This document shows positions 28,437-37,659 of a stretch of 64,000 nucleotides of DNA, one piece after another. Numbering within the stretch: position 1 is the first letter of the stretch; every line of letters starts with the position of its first letter. Source of the stretch: a virus; IMG/VR virus record IMGVR_UViG_3300017613_001314, positions 1 to 64,000 of that record; one strand, 5' to 3'. The position numbers and the translations under genes are program-made. The notes beneath the pieces are model-generated. The model saw only the letters and a program-made list of their open reading frames with translations, ran no database searches and was not told the origin of the DNA.

Positions 28437-29411
28437 TTACATTTCTTCTAGTATTCTTATCATGTGATCTGCTCTATTCTCACATTTATGAAATTTACGG
28501 ATAAATTCATATCCACTATTTTGTAACCTTCTTAGTTGTTTCTTATCACTTAAAAGTGACTTCATTTGACTGTGTAATTTGTTGTAATCAGCAACAACCA
28601 TATTTTCACCGTCTTTAAATCCAAGATCAGCTAATTCCTGAAACCAATTAGAAACCAACAAGCTCTTTGAAGCCGGAATCTCAAAGTACTTCATTACAGG
28701 AAAATCAAAAATACTACCACCTGTGATACATATTTCTGATTGATTTAATAATTTAGCATAGTCTTCACCTACTGGCCATTTATCATAGATTCTATCACCA
28801 ACATTTGACTCAACTGGTCTATCAATTTTTCTAAAATATGGCCTATTTTTTAATAACTTATGTGCCTTTGTTCTGTTTGGATATACCTTTTCAGAGCACT
28901 GACCCACCATTAAAACATCATACTGTTTCTTTAACTTATAATCTTTAAACATTTCTGTGTCAATAGAATGTGGCAACCAAGCACATCTAATTCTTTCAGC
29001 CACATGTCTATAATTTTTTAAGAATGATTTTTTATACTTATAGAAAATAATATCAAACTCATTATCTAAAGCCCATGTCATTTGAAGAGTTGGATTTACT
29101 CCGAATTGGCTATCTTCTATTATCATGGCTTTAGGAATTTTTATATTTTTCCAATTCTCATGGACATATACAAAATCAGCATCAGTAACTATGAAGTCAT
29201 AATTCTTTTGTTTTAGATGATTTTCAAGTATTTTTTGTGGTTTTATATCACCTTTTAAAACCGATGTGCAATAATTACCTGTCTTATAACCATGTGGTAC
29301 ATCTCTAAATACAAAATCCACATCAGCAACTTTGCGTAGTGCTTTTTGGAATTGAGTGAAGTGAGTTGCTACTCTTATTGACCTGTCGACGGATAGGAAT
29401 AATATCTTCAT
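28437..29411 (-). CDS. Putative GT-B glycosyltransferase
   Basis: The C-terminal ICITGGSIFDFPVMKYFEIPASKSLLVSNW resembles the GT1 donor-binding region. Weak call. Confidence 0.4.
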   Translation of the reverse strand: MKILFLSVDRSIRVATHFTQFQKALRKVADVDFVFRDVPHGYKTGNYCTSVLKGDIKPQKILENHLKQKNYDFIVTDADFVYVHENWKNIKIPKAMIIEDSQFGVNPTLQMTWALDNEFDIIFYKYKKSFLKNYRHVAERIRCAWLPHSIDTEMFKDYKLKKQYDVLMVGQCSEKVYPNRTKAHKLLKNRPYFRKIDRPVESNVGDRIYDKWPVGEDYAKLLNQSEICITGGSIFDFPVMKYFEIPASKSLLVSNWFQELADLGFKDGENMVVADYNKLHSQMKSLLSDKKQLRRLQNSGYEFIRKFHKCENRADHMIRILEEM

Positions 29412-30226
29412 AGTGTATAGTTTGTTACCAATACCTCCGTCGCTTTTGGTTTTTTCTCACCCTTTTTATTCATGGTAGAACTCTTTTGATAATCCTTGAA
29501 GTAATAGTTGAACTTATCTTCTGGATACATTTTTCTTAATTCTGGATAATCATAGTAACTCAATATCCATCTTGTTTTTGTCTTATTCAAAATTCTGGAT
29601 AAATTATAGTGATCTTGATTTATGAAGCTGTGGAAACCATATAGACTTTCGGTTCCCCAGTAAGGCGGGTCAATATATAGGAACGCTGAGTCATCCGTGA
29701 ACATCTTTATTACAGTTTCATAGTCCATATTCCAGACTACAACTTTATCTAACTTTTCTCTATATTTAGGATTTTTTAGCCTGTTTACCAGAGGAATAAA
29801 CCCATTTGTTTTCAATTTCATACCACCATTTATATCACCGGAAAAGCAATGAGTCAATATATACATATACTCTATCCCGGTAGTGAAATCTGGGCGTGAA
29901 AGTATTAATGGTTCCTTAAATTCTCCTACAAATTCATAATGGTTTTTTATTCTGGATTTTAATTTATGGTAGGTTTCTTTGTCGTTGAGTTTAAAATTCT
30001 TATATTCAATTACTTCTAAGAATTTATCATACTCCTTCATACACATCCAAAGGTTAACTAAGAATGGGTTGACGTCGTTGTAGTATACTACTTCTGGGTT
30101 ATAAGGTAGGTTGATGAAATTCCACATAGCCCCACCAAATACTTCTACATAAGCCACATAGTCATGTGGCATAAGGCTACGTATCCATTTTGATTGTCTT
30201 GATTTTCCTCCAATATACGCGAACAC
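29408..30226 (-). CDS. Dam-like (D12 class) N6-adenine DNA methyltransferase, paralog A
   Basis: N-terminal YIGGKSRQSKWI...EVFGGAMW (SAM-binding) and YIDPPYWGTE (motif IV DPPY). Confidence 0.7.
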   Translation of the reverse strand: MFAYIGGKSRQSKWIRSLMPHDYVAYVEVFGGAMWNFINLPYNPEVVYYNDVNPFLVNLWMCMKEYDKFLEVIEYKNFKLNDKETYHKLKSRIKNHYEFVGEFKEPLILSRPDFTTGIEYMYILTHCFSGDINGGMKLKTNGFIPLVNRLKNPKYREKLDKVVVWNMDYETVIKMFTDDSAFLYIDPPYWGTESLYGFHSFINQDHYNLSRILNKTKTRWILSYYDYPELRKMYPEDKFNYYFKDYQKSSTMNKKGEKKPKATEVLVTNYTL

Positions 30227-30229
30227 TAA

Positions 30230-30457
30230 TTACTCCTTACATCTTTTTCTACTTACTAAATGATCTAAATGGGTTTCATTTAGTAACTTAATACTGTCCT
30301 CCAAACATCCTTTACATATCAATATATCATTTACGTCAAGATATATTTGACTTACCTCACCACAAAGAGTACAAGGAAAATCTGTTAAATATGTTATTTC
30401 ATCTGGTTCATCGAAAGTTCTATAATTCTCATGCACATCCACTTGGATCACTTTCAC
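30230..30457 (-). CDS. Small zinc-ribbon protein
   Basis: Contains CTLCGE...CKGC. Confidence 0.4.
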   Translation of the reverse strand: MKVIQVDVHENYRTFDEPDEITYLTDFPCTLCGEVSQIYLDVNDILICKGCLEDSIKLLNETHLDHLVSRKRCKE

Positions 30458-30803
30458 ATCCTCCTTTTCGATTCACATTTTTTATTATAAATTCATGCTT
30501 ATAGGGATTTCCATTTAATTTTATCTGAACAAGAACATGAACGGGCTTACCAGATGAGTCACCCATTACTGCAATCCAATAATTCTCTTTATCGGTTATA
30601 CCATTTACTCTAAGAATGACCACTATATTATCAATATGATGATCGTTAGTATACCAATAGCCGAACTCACTAGTGTCTACATACACCTTTATTTCTTTCC
30701 ATATTTTTACAATTGTATCAACATCTTCCATATCTGATGTTGTTGAAAATGCAATTGAGAAAGACGCTAACATGAAAAGTAAAAATATTACTATTCTGTT
30801 CAT
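30429..30803 (-). CDS. Small secreted protein
   Basis: N-terminal signal peptide MNRIVIFLLFMLASFSIAFS. 124 aa. Confidence 0.45.
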   Translation of the reverse strand: MNRIVIFLLFMLASFSIAFSTTSDMEDVDTIVKIWKEIKVYVDTSEFGYWYTNDHHIDNIVVILRVNGITDKENYWIAVMGDSSGKPVHVLVQIKLNGNPYKHEFIIKNVNRKGGCESDPSGCA

Positions 30804-31891
30804 TAATAAACCTTAATAAACTGAGACGAATCCTCTGTTTTAGATGAAGCTCCTTTATACCAGTAATCCATTATACCATTGGCAACTGATTTATGAGACA
30901 TCATAAATGCTCCTATTTCAAGAGCATGAATTACTGACTGCCAGTACCCAGTTCTATTGCTAATCTTTTTACTTCTTTGTTTTGCATACTTATCTATATC
31001 GGCTTCACTGAAAACGTAACCAATATCCATCCACAATTCAAGAACATAGTTCTGTAAATCTGTATCTGAAGATTTTGCTATTTTTGCTTTTGTCATTTGT
31101 GGAATATTATACTTCTTAATCATTTCCTTTTTTCTAGCGGCCGGTACCTTACCATGTCTGGCTCCTGTACCAGCTTTAAGTACTTCACCTGTAATATCGG
31201 CTTCCTTTGATACTCTGAAACTTCTAAAATTAATCGCCGCATTTTTATCAGCCATTAGCATAACACCTGTTGGATAAATATTCTTTGGTTTTTTGACTCC
31301 CATAAATTTTCTTTTTGTATCTTCGACAGCTGGATCACCTTCTAATTTCACAGTTCCAGTTCCCTTTATCTTCTTTAATGAAATTGCTATAAGTTTTCCA
31401 CTATGTAACATTTCTGCAACCCATAAGTTATACTCTGCTAAACTATCAACTTCCGGGATCGGAACATTACCTTTAGATGCCCACACATCACCTGGGTTCC
31501 ATTTATCATTACCCATGGTCACATCTTCATATTTTTTCAATGCGTTAAACTGACCATAAATTGCATTCATATACGCATCATTTCTATGATAAGTATACTT
31601 TCCTTTTAACCAACCCGACGCAAATAAAACATTTGCGGCTTCTGTAATACTGGTTACCCAACCTGGGTTTTTCATACCAAATGTATATAGCTCACCAAAT
31701 GGTGCATCTACACTGCAGTATTGTTTATATGCGGCTTCGAGTAAATCTGGATCACTCATTATATTAGTTAAATCTTTTCTTTTTTGTTTTGCTCCAAAGA
31801 AAACACAATGCAGACCTTCTTGCAATCTTGTTACTGCCGAAGCACTTGCTTTTTCATCCAATCTATTGAAAATGTCTCTTTTAAATCTCAT
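30803..31891 (-). CDS. Nuclease-like partner protein of Dam-like MTase A, paralog of 31941-32990 (candidate PD...SxK restriction endonuclease)
   Basis: Shares KWNPGDVWASK and GKLIAISLKK blocks with the paralog. The arrangement D...(S)xK resembles Cfr10I/NgoMIV-type PD-(D/E)xK variants. 362 aa. Confidence 0.5.
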   Translation of the reverse strand: MRFKRDIFNRLDEKASASAVTRLQEGLHCVFFGAKQKRKDLTNIMSDPDLLEAAYKQYCSVDAPFGELYTFGMKNPGWVTSITEAANVLFASGWLKGKYTYHRNDAYMNAIYGQFNALKKYEDVTMGNDKWNPGDVWASKGNVPIPEVDSLAEYNLWVAEMLHSGKLIAISLKKIKGTGTVKLEGDPAVEDTKRKFMGVKKPKNIYPTGVMLMADKNAAINFRSFRVSKEADITGEVLKAGTGARHGKVPAARKKEMIKKYNIPQMTKAKIAKSSDTDLQNYVLELWMDIGYVFSEADIDKYAKQRSKKISNRTGYWQSVIHALEIGAFMMSHKSVANGIMDYWYKGASSKTEDSSQFIKVY

Positions 31892-31898
31892 TTTTCAT

Positions 31899-31944
31899 TC
31901 CTTTCGTTTAACCTATTAATTTATCCTTTCGTTTAACCTATTAA
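31899..31944 (-). repeat. Tandem direct repeat 2 x ~25 bp (TTAATAGGTTAAACGAAAGG on the - strand) in the leader of 30803-31891
   Basis: cctttcgtttaacctattaa occurs twice with period 25 between the two paralogous partner genes. Coordinates approximate within 1 nt. Confidence 0.6.
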
Positions 31945-32990
31945 CTCACCCTTATAAAATTTGATGAAAATTCTGCTCTGCTTTTTGCAACATTATATAG
32001 AGATGTAATAAGCTCATCTCTATTAGGACTTTTATCAATAGTATTTAATAAATCCAATGCAGACAATTTTGACCAAAAATTATGTTTCTCAGGAACCCCT
32101 CTTTCCCAAACTTTTTCATCAAAATTTACTCCCACTCCTCTATACAAATCTTTCATAGTCTGTATTATTTGAATTTCATCGTCTCTCTCCAATTTTGTAT
32201 AATCACCAATTTCCTTTTCTCCAAATTGGCGTAGGTACCTGTTTATGAAACCATGACCTAATTTACCTCCTTCGTTTTTACCCTTTCTATCTATATATCC
32301 TTGTATTGGTTGTTTCGGTTTAGGCTTACCTCCAAAAGTTCTAAATACAAAATAATATCCAGGCTTGGGTAAAATTAAAGATATATTTGCACTAGAAAAT
32401 GGGCTTTTAAATTTTCTAAATCCTTTATACTGAATTTTTGTAGCACTTTCTTTTGAAAAAAACTTTACTTTTGCATTTTTTGTAGGTCCTTTAACAGAAA
32501 TACCAACCAATTTTCCATTTTTTAAATAGTCATTGATAAAATTATTAAAATCAATTAAGCTGTCAAATTTTTTCACGGAATTAATTTTACTGGCCCAAAT
32601 ATCACTAGGATTCCATCTGTCTTTTTTCATAGTTTCAGGAGGTTTCATTCTATACCAATTTTCTTCAATTTCCTTTACTAAACTTGATCCTCTATGAAAT
32701 ATGTAGTTTGATCCTTTTAAAAAATTTGAATTAAACAAAGCGTTTGCTGAACTAACAGAACTTTCAATCCATTTATTTTCTGCTGTTTTAAAATGAACCA
32801 TTGGTTCTGGCCTACAATCAACATATTTTCTTGAATACTCACCTATGTTTTCTTCGTTAAAATCACTTATTTTTATACTTCGCTTTAACCCTTGTCTCAC
32901 GGCCAGAGCAGCACATAATAATGATTCTCCTTTTGGACCACCCGACTGTCTTAAAGCACTCATTTCAGTTAAATATTCTAAAAATTTCAT
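31941..32990 (-). CDS. Nuclease-like partner protein of Dam-like MTase B (paralog)
   Basis: RWNPSDIWASK...GKLVGISVKG. 349 aa. Confidence 0.5.
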   Translation of the reverse strand: MKFLEYLTEMSALRQSGGPKGESLLCAALAVRQGLKRSIKISDFNEENIGEYSRKYVDCRPEPMVHFKTAENKWIESSVSSANALFNSNFLKGSNYIFHRGSSLVKEIEENWYRMKPPETMKKDRWNPSDIWASKINSVKKFDSLIDFNNFINDYLKNGKLVGISVKGPTKNAKVKFFSKESATKIQYKGFRKFKSPFSSANISLILPKPGYYFVFRTFGGKPKPKQPIQGYIDRKGKNEGGKLGHGFINRYLRQFGEKEIGDYTKLERDDEIQIIQTMKDLYRGVGVNFDEKVWERGVPEKHNFWSKLSALDLLNTIDKSPNRDELITSLYNVAKSRAEFSSNFIRVS

Positions 32991-32996
32991 ATTATA

Positions 32997-33839
32997 CTAT
33001 CCAAAGAATTGTGATATATTATCCCGTTCTTTTCCATAATTCATTACAAGTACTTCTGTTCCGACTGGAGTTTTCTTACCCTTTGCATTAGCCGCTAACT
33101 TCTTGTAATCCTTACGTCTATAAACAAATTTATCTTTTGGATACCATTCATCTAACTCTTTATAGTCATAGTATGATAACATCCATTTACACTTTGTATT
33201 ATTTAGTATTGTTGCTAACCTTTCGTGATCCTGATAACTGAAATCACCTTTCTTGTAATATGACTCAGTCTTATAGTAAGGTGGGTCAAGGTACAAAAAT
33301 AAATCTGGCCCATCCACTTCAGGTATGAAGTCTTCATAGGACAGATTAAAAGTTTGTAACAAGTCAAATTTCTTTCTTATCTCTTGTTTCCTAAGCCTCT
33401 TAACTACAGCTTGACTCTCCATAGTTTCGAACTTGAATTTTTTATCGGTCATTTTAAGCTTAGGACTTCTTAATGTTCCAGTCACACCCGAAAAGATATG
33501 AGTAACGAGATAGATATGAGCGACAGCCAGTTCAATATCTGGAACCTCAAACTTCTCATTTGCTTGCATTACCTTCTTCTGGTCATTGAAACATGACTCA
33601 TTTAAAGCAGGTAAGTCCTTAAGCCTTTTAATTATTTCATCATACTGTTTGAAGCATGTGAATAAGTTATACATGTACGGATCAAAGTCATTATAGTATG
33701 CTTCTTTGACCCTAAAATCAGTCTTTATATAAAACCACATTGCACCACCGAATACTTCTCCATATCTTTCATACTTCTTCGGTAGTAGTGACGCCATCCA
33801 TGACGATTGTTGATATTTCCCACCTATATATGGTACCAT
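32997..33839 (-). CDS. Dam-like (D12 class) N6-adenine DNA methyltransferase, paralog B
   Basis: YIGGKYQQSSWM...EVFGGAMW and YLDPPYYKTE. Confidence 0.7.
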   Translation of the reverse strand: MVPYIGGKYQQSSWMASLLPKKYERYGEVFGGAMWFYIKTDFRVKEAYYNDFDPYMYNLFTCFKQYDEIIKRLKDLPALNESCFNDQKKVMQANEKFEVPDIELAVAHIYLVTHIFSGVTGTLRSPKLKMTDKKFKFETMESQAVVKRLRKQEIRKKFDLLQTFNLSYEDFIPEVDGPDLFLYLDPPYYKTESYYKKGDFSYQDHERLATILNNTKCKWMLSYYDYKELDEWYPKDKFVYRRKDYKKLAANAKGKKTPVGTEVLVMNYGKERDNISQFFG

Positions 33840-33858
33840 TTCTATTCCCCCACATTTT

Positions 33859-33887
33859 ATTATACTACAAATTTACTCAGAAGTAAA
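33859..33887 (-). promoter_or_regulatory. Sigma70-like early promoter P3 (TTTACT-N17-TATAAT) for the MTase/nuclease island
   Basis: The - strand reads TTTACT, TCTGAGTAAATTTGTAG, then TATAATAAAATG. Confidence 0.5.
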
Positions 33888-33916
33888 TTATATAGTCATT
33901 AATCTTTTCTAACATT

Positions 33917-34417
33917 TTATTTCCAAAATTCTCCTCGGGCACCGGTTCCATACTCTTTTTTCTTTCCGGCTTTTTCTGGTGGACCATCTAAACCAATTAC
34001 TCCACCTCTTGGATCGAATAATTTAAACTTCTTTGTTACATCATCCACAAATCTTTGTGCTCTTTTCATACCCTCTTTCATATTTTTCACGCCAGTTATT
34101 TTTATCTTAAATTCTACATCAGCAGAATAACCACTTTCTGCTTCATCTATACTACCAATACTTTTTTCAAGTTCCTTCCAAGATACGTACGTGCCCGGTT
34201 CCGAAACTTCACCAACTGCACCGGCTATTTTACCTAATTCATCCGGATCATCAGTTTTAACAACTATAGACTTAATTTTTTTATGTAAATCTATCTCCAT
34301 TTTTTCTGCTTTTTTATGGTACGTATCTATTAATGATGCTACTTTACTATATGCTTTTCCTTCATCTAAATTAACATCAGCTAGAGCTTTATCTAAAAAT
34401 TCATTCAATGTTGCCAT
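33917..34417 (-). CDS. Hypothetical protein (MATLNEFL family)
   Basis: 166 aa. The N-terminus MATLNEFLDKAL is shared with the next gene. Confidence 0.5.
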   Translation of the reverse strand: MATLNEFLDKALADVNLDEGKAYSKVASLIDTYHKKAEKMEIDLHKKIKSIVVKTDDPDELGKIAGAVGEVSEPGTYVSWKELEKSIGSIDEAESGYSADVEFKIKITGVKNMKEGMKRAQRFVDDVTKKFKLFDPRGGVIGLDGPPEKAGKKKEYGTGARGEFWK

Positions 34418-34437
34418 TTTTATTCTCCTTACCTCGG

Positions 34438-34728
34438 CTATTTCTTACCAATAATTTGTTTAACTACCTTATCAGCAGAAGAATCACTATCTAATTTTAT
34501 CTCTTTCTTTTTCCCATTATATTTAACAGTTAGTATATTCTCAAATTTTCCGTCCGGTTTTAGATCAATAACTTCAATATTAGCTTTTTTTAGCGCATTT
34601 AGTAAAACAGTTCCAAATGATCCTAACCGTTTTCCCCATACACCAGGAACTTTACCAATACTACCTATTGTAGATAATATATTTTCATTTTTCAAAGCTT
34701 TTTCTAAAAATTCATTTAATGTTGCCAT
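34438..34728 (-). CDS. Hypothetical protein (MATLNEFL family)
   Basis: 96 aa starting MATLNEFLEKAL. Confidence 0.5.
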   Translation of the reverse strand: MATLNEFLEKALKNENILSTIGSIGKVPGVWGKRLGSFGTVLLNALKKANIEVIDLKPDGKFENILTVKYNGKKKEIKLDSDSSADKVVKQIIGKK

Positions 34729-34738
34729 TTTTTTATCC

Positions 34739-35011
34739 TCATATCCATTTACTTCTTCTGGATACTTTCTTTGTTATTCTTCGTGCCGGGATTTTTTTAG
34801 TTAATGAATCCAGTATTGCGGCTTTCTTCTTTAAAGCGGCTGATACTTTCATAGCATCATCTCGCTTGCCGTTTATTACAAGAGTTCTTTGCATATTTAA
34901 CCAGTCTTCCATTGTAGTAATTACTCTTAAAACATTATCTACATTCTGCTTGGCTCCTGTCGTATCAATGAAGTCAATTTCATTTATTATATACTTTTCT
35001 ACTAAATCCAT
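34739..35011 (-). CDS. Hypothetical protein
   Basis: 90-aa ORF. Confidence 0.45.
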   Translation of the reverse strand: MDLVEKYIINEIDFIDTTGAKQNVDNVLRVITTMEDWLNMQRTLVINGKRDDAMKVSAALKKKAAILDSLTKKIPARRITKKVSRRSKWI

Positions 35012-35307
35012 TATTTTATCCCCATTTTAATTCTTTCTATTATATCATCCAACTTATCATTATACAAAGATATATCACCAACAAATTTCCACTCAAGTGG
35101 GTCCTTTATCTGTTTAGCCATATGTTTTTCAACTAACTTATTGACTTCACTCAACTTAGTCTTAAATCGTTTCACTTCAAGATTATATGCTTTTCGAGCA
35201 ACCTTTATCTTGTTGAACTCTTTAGCCTTTCCTGCCTTAGTCTTAGGACCTTCTAAGTACTTGGCATATTTTCCTTCGGTTACATTAATCATTCGGACCC
35301 TACCCAC
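35011..35307 (-). CDS. Hypothetical basic protein
   Basis: 98 aa, K-rich. Confidence 0.45.
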   Translation of the reverse strand: MGRVRMINVTEGKYAKYLEGPKTKAGKAKEFNKIKVARKAYNLEVKRFKTKLSEVNKLVEKHMAKQIKDPLEWKFVGDISLYNDKLDDIIERIKMGIK

Positions 35308-35483
35308 TCATATTTTTCCTTCTTTAACCACTTATCTAATTCTTTTTCGTTTTTAAATTCCATATCATATCTGTTATTAACTTCTACATAAAAGCCTTTA
35401 CCTCTTTCAGTAACTTTTGCTGTATCACCTTTCTTATTATTATATACATGGAAAGACTCTTTTATGTAATTTTTAAACTTCAT
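35289..35483 (-). CDS. Small hypothetical protein
   Basis: 64-aa ORF. Confidence 0.4.
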   Translation of the reverse strand: MKFKNYIKESFHVYNNKKGDTAKVTERGKGFYVEVNNRYDMEFKNEKELDKWLKKEKYEWVGSE

Positions 35484-35722
35484 ATATGCTTTCTTATCTT
35501 CACTTTTCTAAAATTAGCCCAAGCAGTCTGCACAAGACCTAAATCTTTTTTAAATAAACCACCGGAATCATCATTAAAAGCTTCCAGAGTATCAACTACC
35601 TTTTCTATATGTTCGTATGCACTATCAAATTCATCTTGAAAATAATTGACTTCACCGAGGTCTATTGACTTAAGATATTCCGATTCTTTTGACTCATTTA
35701 AATACTTATCTAACTTATCCAT
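35480..35722 (-). CDS. Small protein (MDKLDKYL family)
   Basis: The N-terminus MDKLDKYL and the TG..GLF..DL block are shared with 35722-35988. Confidence 0.45.
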   Translation of the reverse strand: MDKLDKYLNESKESEYLKSIDLGEVNYFQDEFDSAYEHIEKVVDTLEAFNDDSGGLFKKDLGLVQTAWANFRKVKIRKHI

Positions 35723-35988
35723 TATACGTATTTCCCTATAGTTAATTTTCTGAGAGCATCACGAGCTTTAACTGCATTCTTTAAGTCATTACCAAATAGA
35801 CCTGTATCACCAGTCAAATCATTTAACCATACTGCAAGATTTTCAATATGGTCCATTACACCGTAATAAGATTTTTGTAAGGCAGTAGCCTTCTCTGTAT
35901 TTTCCCAAGACCAATCTTGTACTACTTTTCTATCCGTCTGTTTTTTTATCTTTCTTGCTTCTCCTAAATACTTGTCTAATTTATCCAT
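35722..35988 (-). CDS. Small protein (MDKLDKYL family)
   Basis: Paralog of 35480-35722. Confidence 0.45.
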   Translation of the reverse strand: MDKLDKYLGEARKIKKQTDRKVVQDWSWENTEKATALQKSYYGVMDHIENLAVWLNDLTGDTGLFGNDLKNAVKARDALRKLTIGKYV

Positions 35989-36203
35989 TATCCTTTCCCC
36001 TTAATCATGGCTAGTACTTTCATGGATATTTCACCCTGACGATCCATTGACAGTTTCTTAAATTCTGGTACTTTCATAAGCTGATTGTATATGACATCAA
36101 TCGTTTTATTACCAGCACTACCATACTTTTTATCTAAGTCGGCTTTCATACTGGCCACTCTTTTGTCAAATATACCTTCTTTTAGATATTTTCCTATTTT
36201 CAT
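35988..36203 (-). CDS. Small hypothetical protein (KYLKEG N-terminus)
   Basis: 71-aa ORF. Confidence 0.4.
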   Translation of the reverse strand: MKIGKYLKEGIFDKRVASMKADLDKKYGSAGNKTIDVIYNQLMKVPEFKKLSMDRQGEISMKVLAMIKGKG

Positions 36204-36622
36204 TTTACCACCTGTATATTAGATATTTTCTTTGGATTATAGATGAAGTACTGTATTCCACCATGTAATGCTACCGCATCTATACCTTCTTTCACCAAAT
36301 TCCTTGTATATTGTTGTGGACTATTTGGAAACCCAACATATTCAGGACCAATAGTATCGAACTGATCCAACATGAAAACATTTCCGCTGAACTTGAACTT
36401 CAAAACAGTGACAATTCTTCTACCGAAGAAATCAGCCACCTGCTTCTTTGTCCTTACAGCGGAAATTGCGTAGTCATTTTGCCATAGAGGATTTATATGT
36501 ATTAACTTAAATCCTCCTTTCAAAATCTTGTCGACGTTCTCGGCTTTCTTTACGCCATGATATAAAGTTAAATTTTGTTTCTTTTCCTCACCTTCAAGTA
36601 AGTACTTATCCATCACCGTCAT
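36200..36622 (-). CDS. Hypothetical protein
   Basis: 140 aa, beginning MTVMDKYLLEG. Confidence 0.45.
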   Translation of the reverse strand: MTVMDKYLLEGEEKKQNLTLYHGVKKAENVDKILKGGFKLIHINPLWQNDYAISAVRTKKQVADFFGRRIVTVLKFKFSGNVFMLDQFDTIGPEYVGFPNSPQQYTRNLVKEGIDAVALHGGIQYFIYNPKKISNIQVVK

Positions 36623-36875
36623 GTTTAGGTATCCTTACGTCTTTCCCATCTGCTTTATCTTGTTTGTACTGATCCCAATACCGAGTTGTATTACCATCCC
36701 AGTCTACAATATCAGTGACCGGGTTATACTTCAAATCAATACTTGGGGCTTTTCTTGGAAACACTTTATAAGAATCACCACTACACTTTGGACATGTTGC
36801 TATCGTAACATCATAGCCTACAATCTTATCAAATTGCAGACCACAGTGCTCACAGTCAAAATCATAAATTGGCAC
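36606..36875 (-). CDS. FmdB-family zinc-ribbon protein
   Basis: MPIYDFDCEHCG...CPKCSG. Confidence 0.5.
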   Translation of the reverse strand: MPIYDFDCEHCGLQFDKIVGYDVTIATCPKCSGDSYKVFPRKAPSIDLKYNPVTDIVDWDGNTTRYWDQYKQDKADGKDVRIPKHDGDG

Positions 36876-36887
36876 AGTTTTTACCTC

Positions 36888-37040
36888 TTATTCTTTCTTT
36901 TCATATTTTGCTTTTAAATCAGCGTACTTCAAATCCATTTCATCAGCGGCCGCTTTAAATTTATCTTTGTTATTCTTGTAGACTAAGAACATTCCTCCTG
37001 CTCCTATTACTACACCTGCTACAAACCATATTAAACCCAT
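36888..37040 (-). CDS. Small membrane protein (50 aa, below ORF-track cutoff)
   Basis: MGLIWFVAGVVIGAGGMFLVYKNNKDKF... Fills an otherwise ORF-free gap. Confidence 0.3.
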   Translation of the reverse strand: MGLIWFVAGVVIGAGGMFLVYKNNKDKFKAAADEMDLKYADLKAKYEKKE

Positions 37041-37043
37041 TGC

Positions 37044-37238
37044 TTATTCCCCCTTTTTATTATAACCACTTGCATACCAACCACCACCTTTAAGTACAAA
37101 AGTACTAGCTGATATTATTCTCTTTGCTTTTATTTCACCACAATAATCGCATCTTACCACTTGTTGGTTCGAAGATATTGGTAATCTATGAACCACTATT
37201 TTTCCACAATCCTCACATCTAAATTCATATATTGGCAT
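37044..37238 (-). CDS. FmdB-family zinc-ribbon protein (start moved to the internal Met)
   Basis: MPIYEFRCEDCG...CDYCGE. Starting at MPIYEF removes the overlap with the upstream gene. Confidence 0.5.
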   Translation of the reverse strand: MPIYEFRCEDCGKIVVHRLPISSNQQVVRCDYCGEIKAKRIISASTFVLKGGGWYASGYNKKGE

Positions 37239-37239
37239 T

Positions 37240-37659
37240 TTATCCCTCTTCTGCCATCTTCCAGTATTCTTGTTTACTTTGTCCACTTCTAAATGAACCA
37301 AAGCTTGTTGAATATCCCATATAATCTATAAAATCTTCCATCAAATCTGAGTCGTTTTCATCACCACGTTTATAATCATATTTACTTTTATTATCTAATA
37401 TAACCTGTGTAGCCGAATCATACTCTGCTTGATAGCCCATTGTATGAGCGAATGTATCATACGCTTCATCACCGGATACTTCTTCGCCTTCAAAATATTC
37501 AGACTCTTGGTCAAGTAAGTCCTGACCATATTCATTTGCATAGTCTTGATGGTGTCTTCGAAACTGTTTTTCTAGTTTCTTCATGTTCTTTTTTGCAAAA
37601 AAGTACTGTACAAACGATGGCTTCTTTGTAGCTTCATCTATTCTATCAATTAAACCCAT
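37240..37659 (-). CDS. Hypothetical acidic protein
   Basis: 139-aa ORF. Confidence 0.45.
   Translation of the reverse strand: MGLIDRIDEATKKPSFVQYFFAKKNMKKLEKQFRRHHQDYANEYGQDLLDQESEYFEGEEVSGDEAYDTFAHTMGYQAEYDSATQVILDNKSKYDYKRGDENDSDLMEDFIDYMGYSTSFGSFRSGQSKQEYWKMAEEG

Noticed and set aside
36621-36917. 98-aa ORF on the + strand
   Set aside because: It lies antisense to an FmdB zinc-ribbon gene and a small membrane-protein gene in a region where all real genes are on the - strand, and it is hydrophobic and low-complexity.
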